Source: Narcine bancroftii (taxonomy: Eukaryota). From it: a stretch of 64,000 nt of DNA. Below, in pieces: positions 25,501 through 37,439 of the stretch. The notes beneath the pieces are model-generated. The model saw only the letters and a program-made list of their open reading frames with translations. It did no database searches and was not told the DNA's origin. How positions within the stretch are numbered: position 1 is the stretch's first letter; each line of letters opens with the position of its first letter. The stretch lies in NCBI RefSeq assembly GCF_036971445.1, contig NC_091473.1, positions 216,256,001 through 216,320,000 of the forward strand, in the 5' to 3' direction. Made by a program: the position numbers and the translations under genes.

Positions 25501-26510
25501 CACCAATTCAAAGCAGTCTTGCAAGCACTCCTCCTTGACCACACTTTGACTGTCTGCACCACTGGTGCTATCGTCCTCAGTCACTGCTGTATACCAGGAG
25601 TAGAAGTGCAGCCAGGTGATCAGGTTTGCCTAGGTGCAGTCATGGGATGGCTCGGTGGGCACTCTTCATGGTAGTGTAGCTACCCTGGTTTCCCAGGCAA
25701 TGTTGTTGATAGTTTATGAAGGACTTCCTCAGGCCTTCCTGGTGATATTCCTACAATGATTGGGAGGGTCAGGGGGTACTGTTCTCATGGCTGCTGATCG
25801 CAGATCCCCTGATGTTAGCCTGGGGCAGAATGTACACAGGGATGATGACGGTGAACTCCCTCAGCAGATAGAATGGCTGACGCTTAATTGTCAGATGTTC
25901 CAGGTTGGAGGAGCAGGACTGGGTCACCACCGTCATATTTGTGCACCACAATAATATGATGACGCCGCCGCCTCTTCTGTTTGGCCTGATGCTTGTATCC
26001 AGTCTGAATGGTGAAGGTTGAAGTCCTCGGACTGCAGCGCTGTGTCCAGAATGTCCTCATTCAGCTGTATCTGAGTGAAGCAGCATCACACAGCAATCTC
26101 TGATTCCCTCTGCTGCTGACATCTGGCTCTGAGTTAATTCAGTTTATTGGCCAAAATTGCACGTTAGCCAGGAAGATGGTAGGGAGTGGAGGCCTCAGGG
26201 GCTGACATTTTAGTTGGACCTGTAGCCCCCCAACCCCCCCACCCCTCCACATCTGCGTGGAGGCATCGGCCATTTGGATAGTCTGTGGCTCATCCGAGTT
26301 TGCCATTCCTGACAATCGCTAGATCTACCTAGGTCCTTAATACAGAGTTACATACTGGTAAGTGGTTTCTATGGCTGTGGGTTCAACTTGCAATAGTTCT
26401 GAATGGCAATATTTGCTGATTCCTGTCAGGGCTGCACATGGAGAGTCGCCGCTGTCAGGTGCTGTCTTTTTTTTCTTCGTCTTCGTCACGTTCAGAACTA
26501 TCAACTCATG
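25500..26510 (-). mobile_element. Rex1/Babar- or L2-type LINE remnant
   Basis: WCTNMTVVTQSCSSNLEHLTIKRQPFYLLREFTVII-VYILPQA endonuclease motif. Confidence 0.65.
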
Positions 26511-27079
26511 GTTGTCTACTCTGACCACTGCCTCCTTCGTGCCTCCTGTCATATACAGGAAGACCAGAAGGCAGGCAGGGGAACATGGATGTGAAGTTGC
26601 TGAGCCCAGAGAAGGTAGAGGATCTAAAAAAGTATACTGGTTGGAGAACCGTGTTACCCTTCTTTGACTGCCCAGCGACCAAGGAGAACATCAAACGGTT
26701 CTTTATCCTCAGGTGTTTAGAGAGCAAGGCAGAGGGAACTGAGCCAACTCCAGTCTGACCTGCAGCAACTCCGACAGTTGAAAGGATTGGATATGAGAGA
26801 GGAACCAAGATTATCTTCAATTCAGAGTCTGCAGGATAAGACGTGCTCAACCTCCTTCCAAAGGGTTCACAGCAGGAACTCAGAAAGAGAAAAAACACAA
26901 ATGCTGGAGAGACTCAAACGGTGCCTTTATGTAGCAAAGTTGAAGATACATCACCAACGTTTCGGGCTTGAGCCCTTCATCAAGGTCTGGGGGAACATGA
27001 GAGATGACTGGACTCAGAAAGAGGGTGGCTCAGTCACCTCATCTGTGGGAATGGTGGCCTGACCTGCTGGAAGTACACA

Positions 27080-27840
27080 ATGCTATGCTCCTGGCAGGTA
27101 GCAAGTCGGATATGCACTTTGGTAGAAGAAATAAACGGGCAGACTATTTTTTAAATGGGAAGACAATTGAAAATTCCCAGATGCAAAGGCACCTGAGAAG
27201 ATTGCAGGTTGATTGGTGGTGAAGAAGGCAAATGCAATGCTGACATTCATTTTGAGGGGAGTTGAATACAAGAGCAAGGATGTGTTGATGAGGCTTGAAA
27301 AGGCAAAGGTGAGACCTCACTTGGAGTGTTGTGGGCAGTTTTGGGCTCCTCATTTAAGAAAGGATGTGCGAATGTTCAGGTTCAGAGGAGACGCACTAGG
27401 ATGATTTTGGGAACGAAAGGGTTAACACACAAGGAACATTTGATGGCTCTTGGTGTGTGCTCATTAGTATTTAGGAGAATGCGGGGAAGTATCTCTTTTA
27501 AAGGCATGAACAGAGTTGATGTAGAGAGGTTACTTCATATGGTGGGAGATTTTCGGACAAGAGGGCATGACTTTGACTGAAGAGCGTCCATTTGAACAGA
27601 GATGTAGACAAATTTATTTCGCCAGAGGGTGATGAATCTGGAATTTGTTGTCACGGATAGTTGTGGAGGCCAAGTTGTTGGGTGTATTTAAGGCAGAGAT
27701 TGATAGATGCTTAATTAGCCAGGGTATCGAAGGCTATGGAGAGAAGGCCAGGCAGTGGGGCTGAGTGGGGAAATGGATTGGCTCATGATTGAATGGCTGG
27801 GCAGATGATGGGCTGAATAGCCTATTTTTGCTCCTGTGTC
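27080..27840 (+). mobile_element. CR1 3' fragment
   Basis: VVKKANAMLTFILRGVEYKSKDV...RPHLECCGQFWAPHLRKDV. Confidence 0.8.
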
Positions 27841-27849
27841 ATGGATTCC

Positions 27850-29740
27850 ATAAGGAAGGGTATCATTCCCCCCCTCATCTTCAAACAGAAGGGGAGAAGG
27901 AGGATGTCAGGAATTAGAGACCCACATCATTGATGAATATTGACTAGCAAATTCTGTCCAAAGCAAGCCAATCGAGTCAATTCTGCCATGGGGTAGATGC
28001 TCCACCCAGACCAAACTTGCAAAGGTCCAGTCAGGAAAGTCTCTTGACAGCCTTATGTTGCTCGCAGTTACCATTGCTAGGAGAAGGCTTTCGCCCAGAT
28101 ATCACACACATACATGATGGACATCCTTCCCAAAGTTGGCTTTGAGGGGGTATCGGAAGTTGGATTAAACTGCTTTACACGGATGTTGTAGAACTGTCCA
28201 AATCACTGAGTGGGGAACATGCCTTCCTCCTCGAGTCTGGGGTCAGGCAGAGTTGCCCACTCTCTCCAATCTTAATTGTGTGTTGCATCAAGCCCTTTGC
28301 CGAATTCATCAGAAAGGACGAGGGCATAAGAGGGGTGTTGATGTCAGGCAGTGGAGGCACTCTGGTCAAGGCTTTCCAGTACATTGACCATGGTGCCATT
28401 TTCTGTGGGACACATGATCAGTCCGCAGACTGATCAGCATCTGTGGCCAGTTTGAGTCTGCATTGAGCACCAGGGTAAACTGGAAGAAGAGTGAGCCAAT
28501 GATCTTTGGTAACTGGACCAACCGGTCCACCATCCCTTTCAGTCAGATATGACCACCTGATGGTGTTGGGGATCTGGTTTGGAGAGTCTGAGGCGTGCAA
28601 CAAGAATTGGTTGGAGAGGATCGCAAAGGCCCAGTAGAAATTGGGTTTGTGGGCACGACGCTCCCTTTCAATAACAGGGAAGACCCTGGTCATCAGCTGC
28701 AAAGTGCTCTCGATTCTGCTGTATGTGGTGCAAAGGAAGCCCATCCCTGCACCTGGCAGTCACCAGAGCAGTTTCCCAGTTTATATGGGGTTCCAAGATG
28801 GAAAGGATCAGAAGGGTTGCTGTGTACAGTGGGGCAAGGGCATACCCAACGTGGCCCTCACCCTTTGTGTGTGGCTGCATCAGGCTGAGCCTGAATCCAA
28901 AGTACGAGGGCAACAAGTGCTGAGGTTCGACTTGTCACAGGTGTTGTGAAAGATGGGCCTGGCCCCATTGCCACACGATGTCCCAGTTAGGTGGACTTTG
29001 CTCCACCACCTACCCTCATGGAAAAGTTTTCCCAGACCAACATCTTTGACTTCTAGGTCATAAGGCAGTGGTCAGTATGGAACATTTTGCAGTCACTGAG
29101 AGGCAAGGACTTAATGGACACGGTAGGCTGGTTCCTTGAGGAGGCAGTCCACGTCATATAGTGGAATGCCTCATATCCAGTGCTCCCTCAGAAGCACCAA
29201 AACTTGGCCTGACTGGTGGTGAGAGGAGCCCTCTTAGTCAGATCCTTCCTGGATAACTGGTATATCATCCACTATGCATGTTGCCCCTGAGACAACTGCA
29301 GTGGAGAGGAGACAGTTACCCACCTCTTTGCAGAATGCAGATTAAATAAACTGAATGTAGAAGAATGCAAGGGTCCTTGTCACGGCTCATTCCCAACAGC
29401 AGTGTGACAGAGGATACTGATTTCTGGGCTGTTCCTGGGGATGTATACACAGCCAATGTCCAGAATTACTGGAAGGCTATCAGCTCGGTGAAAGATGCCC
29501 TTTGGTTGGCCGAAACCCTGTTGGTCTTTCAGCGTGTGGAGATGTCGGTGTGGGACTGCTGCTGACTGGCACATTCCAGGTGAGGGATGCTCTGAGACTT
29601 GGTGCAGCTGACTCGAGGGAGCTTGGGGGGCAGGGGAAGGACCAGAATCAAGAGTTCTTCCATTATCAAGCATCGAGGGGCTGAGACCAAGGGGAAGAGG
29701 GGTAACGACCAGATGCCACGTGGTGGTAATAGTGTAGGTA
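27850..29740 (+). mobile_element. Degenerate Tx1-like L1-clade element
   Basis: SGVRQSCPLSP, LWARRSLSITGKTLVI and WKAISSVKDALW remnants. Confidence 0.7.
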
Positions 29741-29750
29741 GAAATGAATG

Positions 29751-30713
29751 TAACACTAAGGGAGAAATTTGATATATCTGTAAATTCTTTATTTGTGTAT
29801 TATCAACTTAGAGCTTTGATAAAAGATAATTATAGTAAAGAGATGAATCTACCTATGTTGACGAAATTTGAGTCTTTGATTTCCTCTGTACTTAAGAAAG
29901 GTTATATTTCGGATATGTACCAATTGTTACAAGATGCGATGAATAAACCGGATTGGGAGAAATCTAAACTTTAATGGGAAAGTGATTTAACTTGTATTTT
30001 TCCCGAAGATAATTGGGAGGCTATGTGCCATGATAGTGTAACTAAAGTGACAAATGTACAATATGGAATGGTTAATTATAATTTTTTGCATCAGTTATAT
30101 TTGACTCCAGAGAAATTTTAAAAATATGGGTTTAGTAATTCGGATTCTTGTTTTAGATGTGGATTATGTATTGGAACTTTTTTACATGCTGTCTGGTCTT
30201 GTGTTAAAGTACAACCGTATTAGATTGGTTTTGGAAAAATGATTTAACATTAAATTGCCATTGGACCCATTGATTTTTTTTGTTGGGATATATGGTTTCT
30301 TTGAAAGGACTAGGGTTGGATAAATTTCAAATTGCATTTGTACGTCTAGTGCTGTCTGTAGCACAAAAATGTGTAGCTAGTACTTAGAAAGATAATGTGG
30401 AGATTAATATAACACGCTGGCATAATTAACTGTGAACGTATTATTATGGAAAAAATTACATGTAATTTACATGATAATTATTCATTTTTTGTTAAAATGT
30501 GGTCTCCTTATTTGGAGTATATGAATTTGGAAATAGTTTGAAATATTCTTTATATTAACTATTGTTTTTATATTTGGCTCCCCTTAAGGGAACGGCTGAA
30601 GGGGTGGGAGGGTGGGTGGGGGATTTTTATATTAAAAAAATTGTTCTTCACTTTTCTTTGTTATGTTTAACTGCAGTTTGATTAAAGTCTTTAAATAAAG
30701 TTTTCAAAAAAAA
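29751..30713 (+). mobile_element. 5'-truncated L1 with poly(A)
   Basis: LFVYYQLRALIK...CFRCG..GTFLHAVWSC remnant; AATAAA then an A-tail. Imperfect TSD AGAAATGAATG (29740-29750) / AGAATTGAATG (30714-30724). Confidence 0.8.
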
Positions 30714-30839
30714 AGAATTGAATGATGGAAATGAATGGATATGGAACTAAGAGTGGGAAGAGACTGAATGATTTTCCTTTTGTAAGTAATTTATTGTGAA
30801 TAAAGCCCATTTAAAATATAAATGTGGGAATACAAATAA

Positions 30840-31480
30840 ATAATTCCCTGAAAGTAGTGTCAGAGGTAGATTGGAATTGTAAAGAGAGCATTTGGTGTTT
30901 TGACCTTTATAAATAAAAGAACTGAGTACAGGAGCTGGGGTGTTTTGTTAAAATTATAGAAGACATTGGTGAGGCCATGTTTGGAGGATTGTGTGCAGTT
31001 TTGGTCACCTAACTACAGGAAGGAGAGTAATAAGATTGAAAGTGTTCGGAGGAGATTTGCAAGGATGTTGCAGGGAAAGGTTAAACAGGTTTAGGCTTTA
31101 TTCATGCAGCATTGGAGAATGAGAGGAGATTTGATAGAGGTATGCAAAATTATGGCGGGTATAGAGAGAGAGAGAGCAAGCTTTTTTCACTGAGGTTGGG
31201 TAGAGCAAGAACTAGAGGACATATGCTAAGGGTGAAAGGTGAGATGTTTAAAGGGAACATTACTGGGAACTTCACACTGAGCATCATGAGAGTGTGGAAT
31301 GAACTGCCAGAGGAGGTGATGAATGCAGGCTCAATTTGGACATTTAAGAAACATTTGGTTAGGTACATGGATGGGAGGAAAATAGAGCTCTATGGTCTGG
31401 ATACAGACCATTGGTTCTGCACAGATTAGATGGGCTGAAGGGCCTGTTTCTGCACTGCAGTTTTCCATTATTCTAGGACT
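30840..31480 (+). mobile_element. CR1 3' fragment
   Basis: RTRGHMLRVKGEMFKGNITGNF..VWNELPEEV and CR1 3' UTR. Confidence 0.8.
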
Positions 31481-31482
31481 CT

Positions 31483-32085
31483 ATGGCACAGTTCAGAACC
31501 AGAGTGGACCTCCGTTTCCACCGTCCCGTCACACAGGTTAGACCCGGAGTGAAGCTCCCTCCACACCATCCCCCAGATACTTCCTGGGCGCAGGTCAGAC
31601 CCAGGGGGAAGCTCCCTCAACACCGCCCTGCCACACACTCCTTGGGCACAGGACAGACTAGGGGGAAGCTTCCGTCTACACCATCCTGCCACAAACTCCT
31701 TGGGAACAGCTCAGACCAGGGGGAAACTTCTGTCTACATAGTCCGTTCACACACTCCTGAGACACGTGTTAGTTGCAGGTCAAGCTCCCTCTACACTGTC
31801 CAGTCACACTCTCCCCGGGCAAGGGTTAGACCTAAAGTGAAGCTTCCTCAACACCATCCCTTCCCACACTCCCAGGGCACAGGTCAGACCCAGGGCAAGC
31901 TCCCTTGACATTGTCTCATCACTCACTCCTGGGTCATAGGGCAAACCAGAGGGAAGCTCCCTCTACACCATCCCGTCCTGCATTCTTGTGGCATGGGTCA
32001 GACCCAGGGGAAGTTCCCTCAACATCGTCCCATCACACACACTCCTGGGGCACGGGTCAGGCCCAGGGAAAGCTCCCTTGACAGT
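31483..32085 (+). repeat. 57-bp minisatellite array
   Basis: CACACTCCCAGGGCACAGGTCAGACCCAGGGGAAGCTCCCTCTACACTGTCCCAT-type units ending just before the DEDD exon 3 acceptor. Confidence 0.9.
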
Positions 32086-32104
32086 CTGAGCTTGTGTTCC
32101 ACAG

Positions 32105-32236
32105 GCCGGTTGCTGTGCTGTGGTCCCATGGCTCCTCGCTCCCTGCGACAGAGACTATACCGGGGAAGGACTGCAGCTTTCCGGAGGGGGAGGCAGAAGC
32201 CCACCGTCCTGGACAGCAAGGAGAAGCAAACCTGTG
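32105..32236 (+). CDS. DEDD: DEDD coding exon 3 (basic linker)
   Basis: gttccacag|GC...; (G)RLLCCGPMAPRSLRQRLYRGRTAAFRRGRQKPTVLDSKEKQTC; donor G|GTGAGT. The CC and KEKQTC motifs are conserved with human. Confidence 0.9.
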
Positions 32237-32951
32237 GTGAGTTCTGTCTCTGCCCTCATTCTGTGGTGCCTGGAGTTAGAGTCACAACTCCTCCCCTGGG
32301 CTCACGAACCTTCCCACCGACTCGTGACCCCATCCTAGACCCATTTTTCTTCAATGCAAGTTCTGACTCACCGATCTCTCACCCCTCCATTGCCCAGGAT
32401 CACTGTCTCCTCTCTCCTCTTCTCCTGTGACGTCCCACATTGCTCACTCTGTCCTCACAAGCCCTATTCACCAGATGTGGGATCAACCCATTTGCTCTCT
32501 GCCACCTTCCCTGACCTTGCACACCTTCCAAACAATTGTCCTGTTACACTCTCTTAACCCTGCGACTGTCCCATGGCCCCAGTGCTTTCCCTCCAGAGCC
32601 CTCTCCTTGGAATCTACCTGTGCTCTTCCCCACTTTCCTGCTGGGACAGGCTGGCCTCCCCAACTAGGACCACCCGCTTTTCCCTACGATCATGCTCAGC
32701 CAATCCTCCCTCATCTTTTGGGAAAGCCCCCTCCTGCGATCACCCTATTCCTGCATATTCTGAACTTGCGGGACCTACCTCCCTTTCTTCTTGTGCACGC
32801 CCCTCCCAGATCAATGTGTAGCCCTCCCACCTCCTCTCCCCTTCCCTCCCCTCTCTATCTCTCCTCACCCCTTTCTCCCTCCGCTCCCCCGGCTACCTTT
32901 GGGTGACAATGCCACGCTCTCCTCCCAGTTGATGTTGCTCTCTCTTGCCAG

Positions 32952-33328
32952 ACATCCGTCTGCGAGTGCGAGCTGAATACTGTCAGCACCAGACAGCTTT
33001 GGAAGGGAATGTGTTCTCCAACAAGCCGGGCCGTCTGGAGAGGCAGTTTGAACGCTTTGCCCAGGCCAACACCATCCTCAAGTCCCGTGACCTGGGCTCC
33101 ATCATCTGTGACATCAAGTTCTCTGAGCTCACTTACCTGGACGCCTTCTGGAGGGACTACATCAATGGCTCGCTGCTTGAGGCCCTCAAGGGGGTCTTCA
33201 TCACCGACTCCCTCAAGCAGGCTGTGGGACACGAGGCCATCAAATTGCTGGTCAACGTTGACGAGGACGACTACACAGCTGGCCGGCAGCGGCTGCTGCA
33301 CAACCTCATGCTGCAACATGGACCCTGA
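32952..33328 (+). CDS. DEDD: DEDD terminal coding exon
   Basis: cttgccag|AC...; (D)IRLRVRAEYCQHQTALEGNVFSNK...KFSELTYLDAFWRDYINGSLLEALKGVFITDSLKQAVGHEAIKLLVNVDEDDY...HGP*. Exons sum to 325+102+132+377=936 nt, i.e. 311 aa plus stop. Confidence 0.97.
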
Positions 33329-33751
33329 GGGGGACAGCGCTGGGTCAAGAGGAGGGCGGGTCCTTCCCAGAATGGGCATCCCCCCACACCACTCACTGGG
33401 AGAGGGGGCAGAAGTCCGAAGTTCTCCCTCATAACCCCCTCCAGAAATTTCACTCCCTCATTCTCCACCACCCTCTCCATGCCAGTCTCTCCATCAATCT
33501 TCCCCTCTTTCACTCTCTGTCCAGCCCTCTCTAGTCTATTGCTTTCTGTCCAGCCCTTGTCCTCACTCTGTCCAGCCCTCTTCCCCCATCCATCTCTCTC
33601 TCAGTCTGTCTCTTTCTCTTTGACCATCCCTCTCTTTGTGAGTCAGAGCCGCAGCTCCCCAGGGCTTCAGATCCTTCCCACTGACTCGCGACCCCTTCCT
33701 GATCCCGACTTCCTCCAGCGCCTGTCCCGATTCACTGATCTCTCCTCCAGG

Positions 33752-34395
33752 GTTGGAGAGGGGGGACACATTGATACTGGGAGGGGAGTGCACAGGGTGA
33801 TCCCAGGGTGTGTCAGAGAGTAAGGGAGGTAGGTCTCTCAAGTTGAGAGTGTGCAGGTATAGGGCAATCCCAGGGTGGTGGGGGGGGGGGGGGCCTTTCC
33901 ACACAAGGTGGAAGGGGATTGGCCTAGCACGATTGGACAGAAAAGGGGAAGTCCCACGAGAAGAAAATGGAGAGGTCAGCCTATCCCAGCAGGGCAGCGG
34001 GGAAGGGCACAGGTCAATCCCAGGGAGGGGGCCCTGGGGTGGGGGAGCGCAGGGACCAGGGTCAAGAGAGTAATGGGACAATTGTTTGGAGGGTGTGCGG
34101 GGTCGGGGAAGATGGCGGGGAGCATATGGATTGATCCCATGTTGGAGGAATGGGGCTTGAGGACAGAGCGAGCAATGTGGGACATCGCAGGTGAAGTGGG
34201 GGGAGAGGAGGCAGTGGTCCTGGATGGTGGAAGGGTGAGAGGTCGATGAGTCAGGACTGGTGTTGGAGGCAGATGGGACCAGGGGTGGGGGATGGTCGAG
34301 CCAGTGGGAAAGTCCTGGAGCCCGGGAAAGGAGTTGAGGTTCTGACTCCAGACACAATAGAGCGAAGGCAGAGACAGAACTTACCACAGGTTTGC
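33752..34395 (-). repeat. Inverted duplicate of DEDD exon 3 end + last intron (32226-32830)
   Basis: Reverse complement begins GCAAACCTGTGGTAAGTTCTGTCTCTGCC versus GCAAACCTGTGGTGAGTTCTGTCTCTGCC, and stays colinear for about 600 bp. Confidence 0.9.
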
Positions 34396-34481
34396 ACTCG
34401 GTCTGCTCCCACCCTCTAAGTCCCCCTCCCTCTTGGTTCGTTCTCCCCCTCCACCCTCTCAGTCTGCTCTCCTGCCTTATT

Positions 34482-34483
<2 letters not shown>

Positions 34484-34537
<54 letters not shown>
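34484..34537. repeat. (CT)n microsatellite
   Basis: Perfect CT run. Confidence 0.98.
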
Positions 34538-34543
<6 letters not shown>

Positions 34544-34949
34544 TTCCCCTTCCCCCCCCCCACCGTCTTGGTCTGTCCTCCTCCCTTTCTCCCCTCCCTC
34601 CACCATTGCGTAGATGTGTTCTGCTCCTCATTGCCCTGACTCATGCATCTGAGGTAGTTGAAGTGTTATTCCATTGGAGTTGAGAGCAGGGAGGAAGCAG
34701 GGCTCCAGCAGTGTTGGGAGGGTGGAGAGAGCCCTGCTTGCAGATGGCATCCAACACGAAGGGCACAGCTGTGGGAGCCAGGAGTCCTCTGTTCTGCAGT
34801 CACTCCCTCGATTATTCACGTGATGTTATGGAAATAATCAGAACTGTGAATTGATCTTTTCTGTGAGAATCTCTTCCCATCCCCATCGTAATCCGTCCAA
34901 AGGACAGGAGAAGAGTTGAGGTGTCAGGCACAGAGAAACAAGTCCATAC

Positions 34950-35735
34950 TGTCCCATTGCACACTCCCTGAGCACAGTGAAGTTTTCTTTACGTCGTCCT
35001 GTTAAACACTTCTGAGTCTTGAGTCAGATCCATGGGGAAGCTCCCTTCACACCGTCCCATCACACATTCTGGGGCATGGGTCAGACCCGGGGAGAGCTCC
35101 CTCAACACTGTCCCATCACACACTTCCGGGGTACGAGTCAGACCCGGGGGAAGCTCCCTCTACGCTATCCCATCACACACTCCCAGGGCACAGGTCAGAC
35201 CCTCGGGTACTTCCCTCTACATCATTCTGTTTCACATTCCTGGGGCACGGGTCAAACCCGAGGAAAGCCCTACACTGTCCCATCACACACTTCCAGGGCA
35301 CGGGTCAGACCGGGGGGAAGTTCCCTCTACGCTATCCCATCACACACTCCCAGGGCACAGGTCAGACCCTCGGGTATTTCCCTCTACATCATTCTGTTTC
35401 ACATTCCTGGGGCACGGGTCAAACCCGAGGAAAGCCCTACACTGTCCCATCACACACTTCCAGGGCACGGGTCAGACCGGGGGGAAGCTCCCTCTACACT
35501 GTCCCATCACACACTCCGCAGCACTGGTCAGTCCCAAAGTGAAACTTCCTCTGCACTATCCCATCACACATTCACGTGGCGCAGGTCAGACCCGGGGGAG
35601 CTCCATCTGCACCATCCTGTCGCACACTTCCGGGGCACAGGTCAGACCCAGGTTGATTTCCCTCTACATCATCCTATTACACACTCCCGTGGCATAGGTC
35701 AGACATAGAATGACGACTCCTCTACACTGTCCTGT
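34950..35735 (+). repeat. 57-bp minisatellite with 167-bp higher-order repeat
   Basis: ACACTGTCCCATCACACACTTCC recurs at 35105, 35272 and 35439. Confidence 0.92.
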
Positions 35736-37439
35736 CATGTAAGAGTGTTTGTGACCTGGTTGACTTGCTTTTGGATCAGAATGAATGTTCAACCTGAATT
35801 TGAGCAGAAACCTTTCCAAAGGCGTGCATTTTCCAAAGATGTGGTCTGGTTGGGACTACCAGTGGTCTGCGACTTCACATCGGTTGAACCTCTCATCAGT
35901 TACCCCTGGGGGTGGTAGGGCGGTGCAGCTGTCGATGTTGACGGTGAGTTGAGAATGTGTCAGTTATTGGAATCCTTGGTAACTGAATTTATCTCAGCTT
36001 GTATGGATCTGTCTCTGAAACTGAGTGGCCTCCTGTCCCCATGTAATAGGTGGAAGGGGGCTTCAAGGACTTCTGTCCTGTGTACAGGCTGGTGAGGAGC
36101 TTTACAGCCACCTGAACATTAACAGACTTGGGGTGGGGGATCTTTCTGTACTCACATAGCAGGTTTGAGGGGCAGCAGTTTTGAGAGGGGCTGAATGGCC
36201 ACCTCCTGTCATGTAATAGGTTGGGAGAGGGGTTGAGTGGCCTCCTGTCATGAAACATTTGAGGGGCTGAATGGCCTGTTCTTCTTAAGAAGCTGACTGG
36301 CTGACCGTTCCTATGCGTGCATGCCCAAGGCTTGATCCCACCTGAATGGTTTCCTGTTCTGCAGCCCAAACACTGCCCCATCTCCTGGGAGAGACTGTGG
36401 AGTGACCCCTCTGGATCTGCCTGTACCTTCCAGTAAGGGCATCTCAAGGAACTGCTGGAGAGAAGATCAGGGAATCCAGGATGCGTGTGCCAGAAGTGAA
36501 GTTCAGTTGGGCAGAAGGTGGTGGAGCAGCTTCCCTGGACTAAGAATGTCAGCTCCCACCCAGAGTCATCCTGGACCCTGGCACTCGGGAGGCAACTCGC
36601 GCTAAGATTCGATAAAGTACTTGCATGGCTCCAGAATGCTCGGCCCCAATCAAGTCTGATAAACTCTCAGAAATATTTATGTGGAGCCAGTTCTGCCAAC
36701 TTCTCCAGCTCTGTGCCTCTCTCCCCTTTCCCCCTGTCTCCAGCATTCACTCCCCACTTGCATCTTCCCACCTTTCCTGTTCTATCCATGTCCAATTATT
36801 ACCCTTTACCTGTAGGTCAGTGCTCCCTATGCTCTTTCTTTCCAGCCTTTGAATTCAAGCACATGCCTGCTTTGCTTTTACTCAAAGCTGAAGAAGGGCT
36901 CTGATCCAAGATGCCGGTTAGATTTCTTTACCTCCTGTGGACACCACAAGACCTTCTGAGCTCCTCCAGTATTTTGTCTTTACTACAATCGCGGCATCTC
37001 CAGACTTTCATTTTTTACCTGACCATGTTTGGAAGGGATGGGATGGAAGAAAGCTGAGCACCTGGTATGTTCCCCATGCCTGACATGTGAACGCTCCCAG
37101 GGCAAGGACAAGCCAGGACCCTGGGGCAGATTCCTCTGCTGGCTGTCTTTTCTGCTGTCACTGGGAGGGGTGGGGCGGGAGGAGGGTTGGTGTTGGATTC
37201 TGGAAATGGGGCCTGACTAAGTGATATTGGAAATCAGAAATATTATCCAGAAAGAGTAGCAGAGCCCTTGGAAAAATAAGTGGGCAGAAGTAATGCAGGT
37301 CTGAAAGAGATGTGTGAACAAGTATTTACAGCGAGAGCTGATTGGATGCGTTTGAGCTTTGAGGAGAGCTGGGTGAAATCAGCATCAAACAAGAGGCAGG
37401 GAGGATCATAGATTGCAATTACAGTCACGATCACTCTGG

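Noticed and set aside
33563-34606. 347-aa minus-strand ORF with an ER dipeptide run
   Set aside because: Spans the (CT)n microsatellite and the inverted intron copy; low complexity and no recognisable protein.
35019-35708. 229-aa and 221-aa ORFs (also 31483-31908)
   Set aside because: By-products of the 57-bp (19-codon) minisatellite; no domain or splice support.
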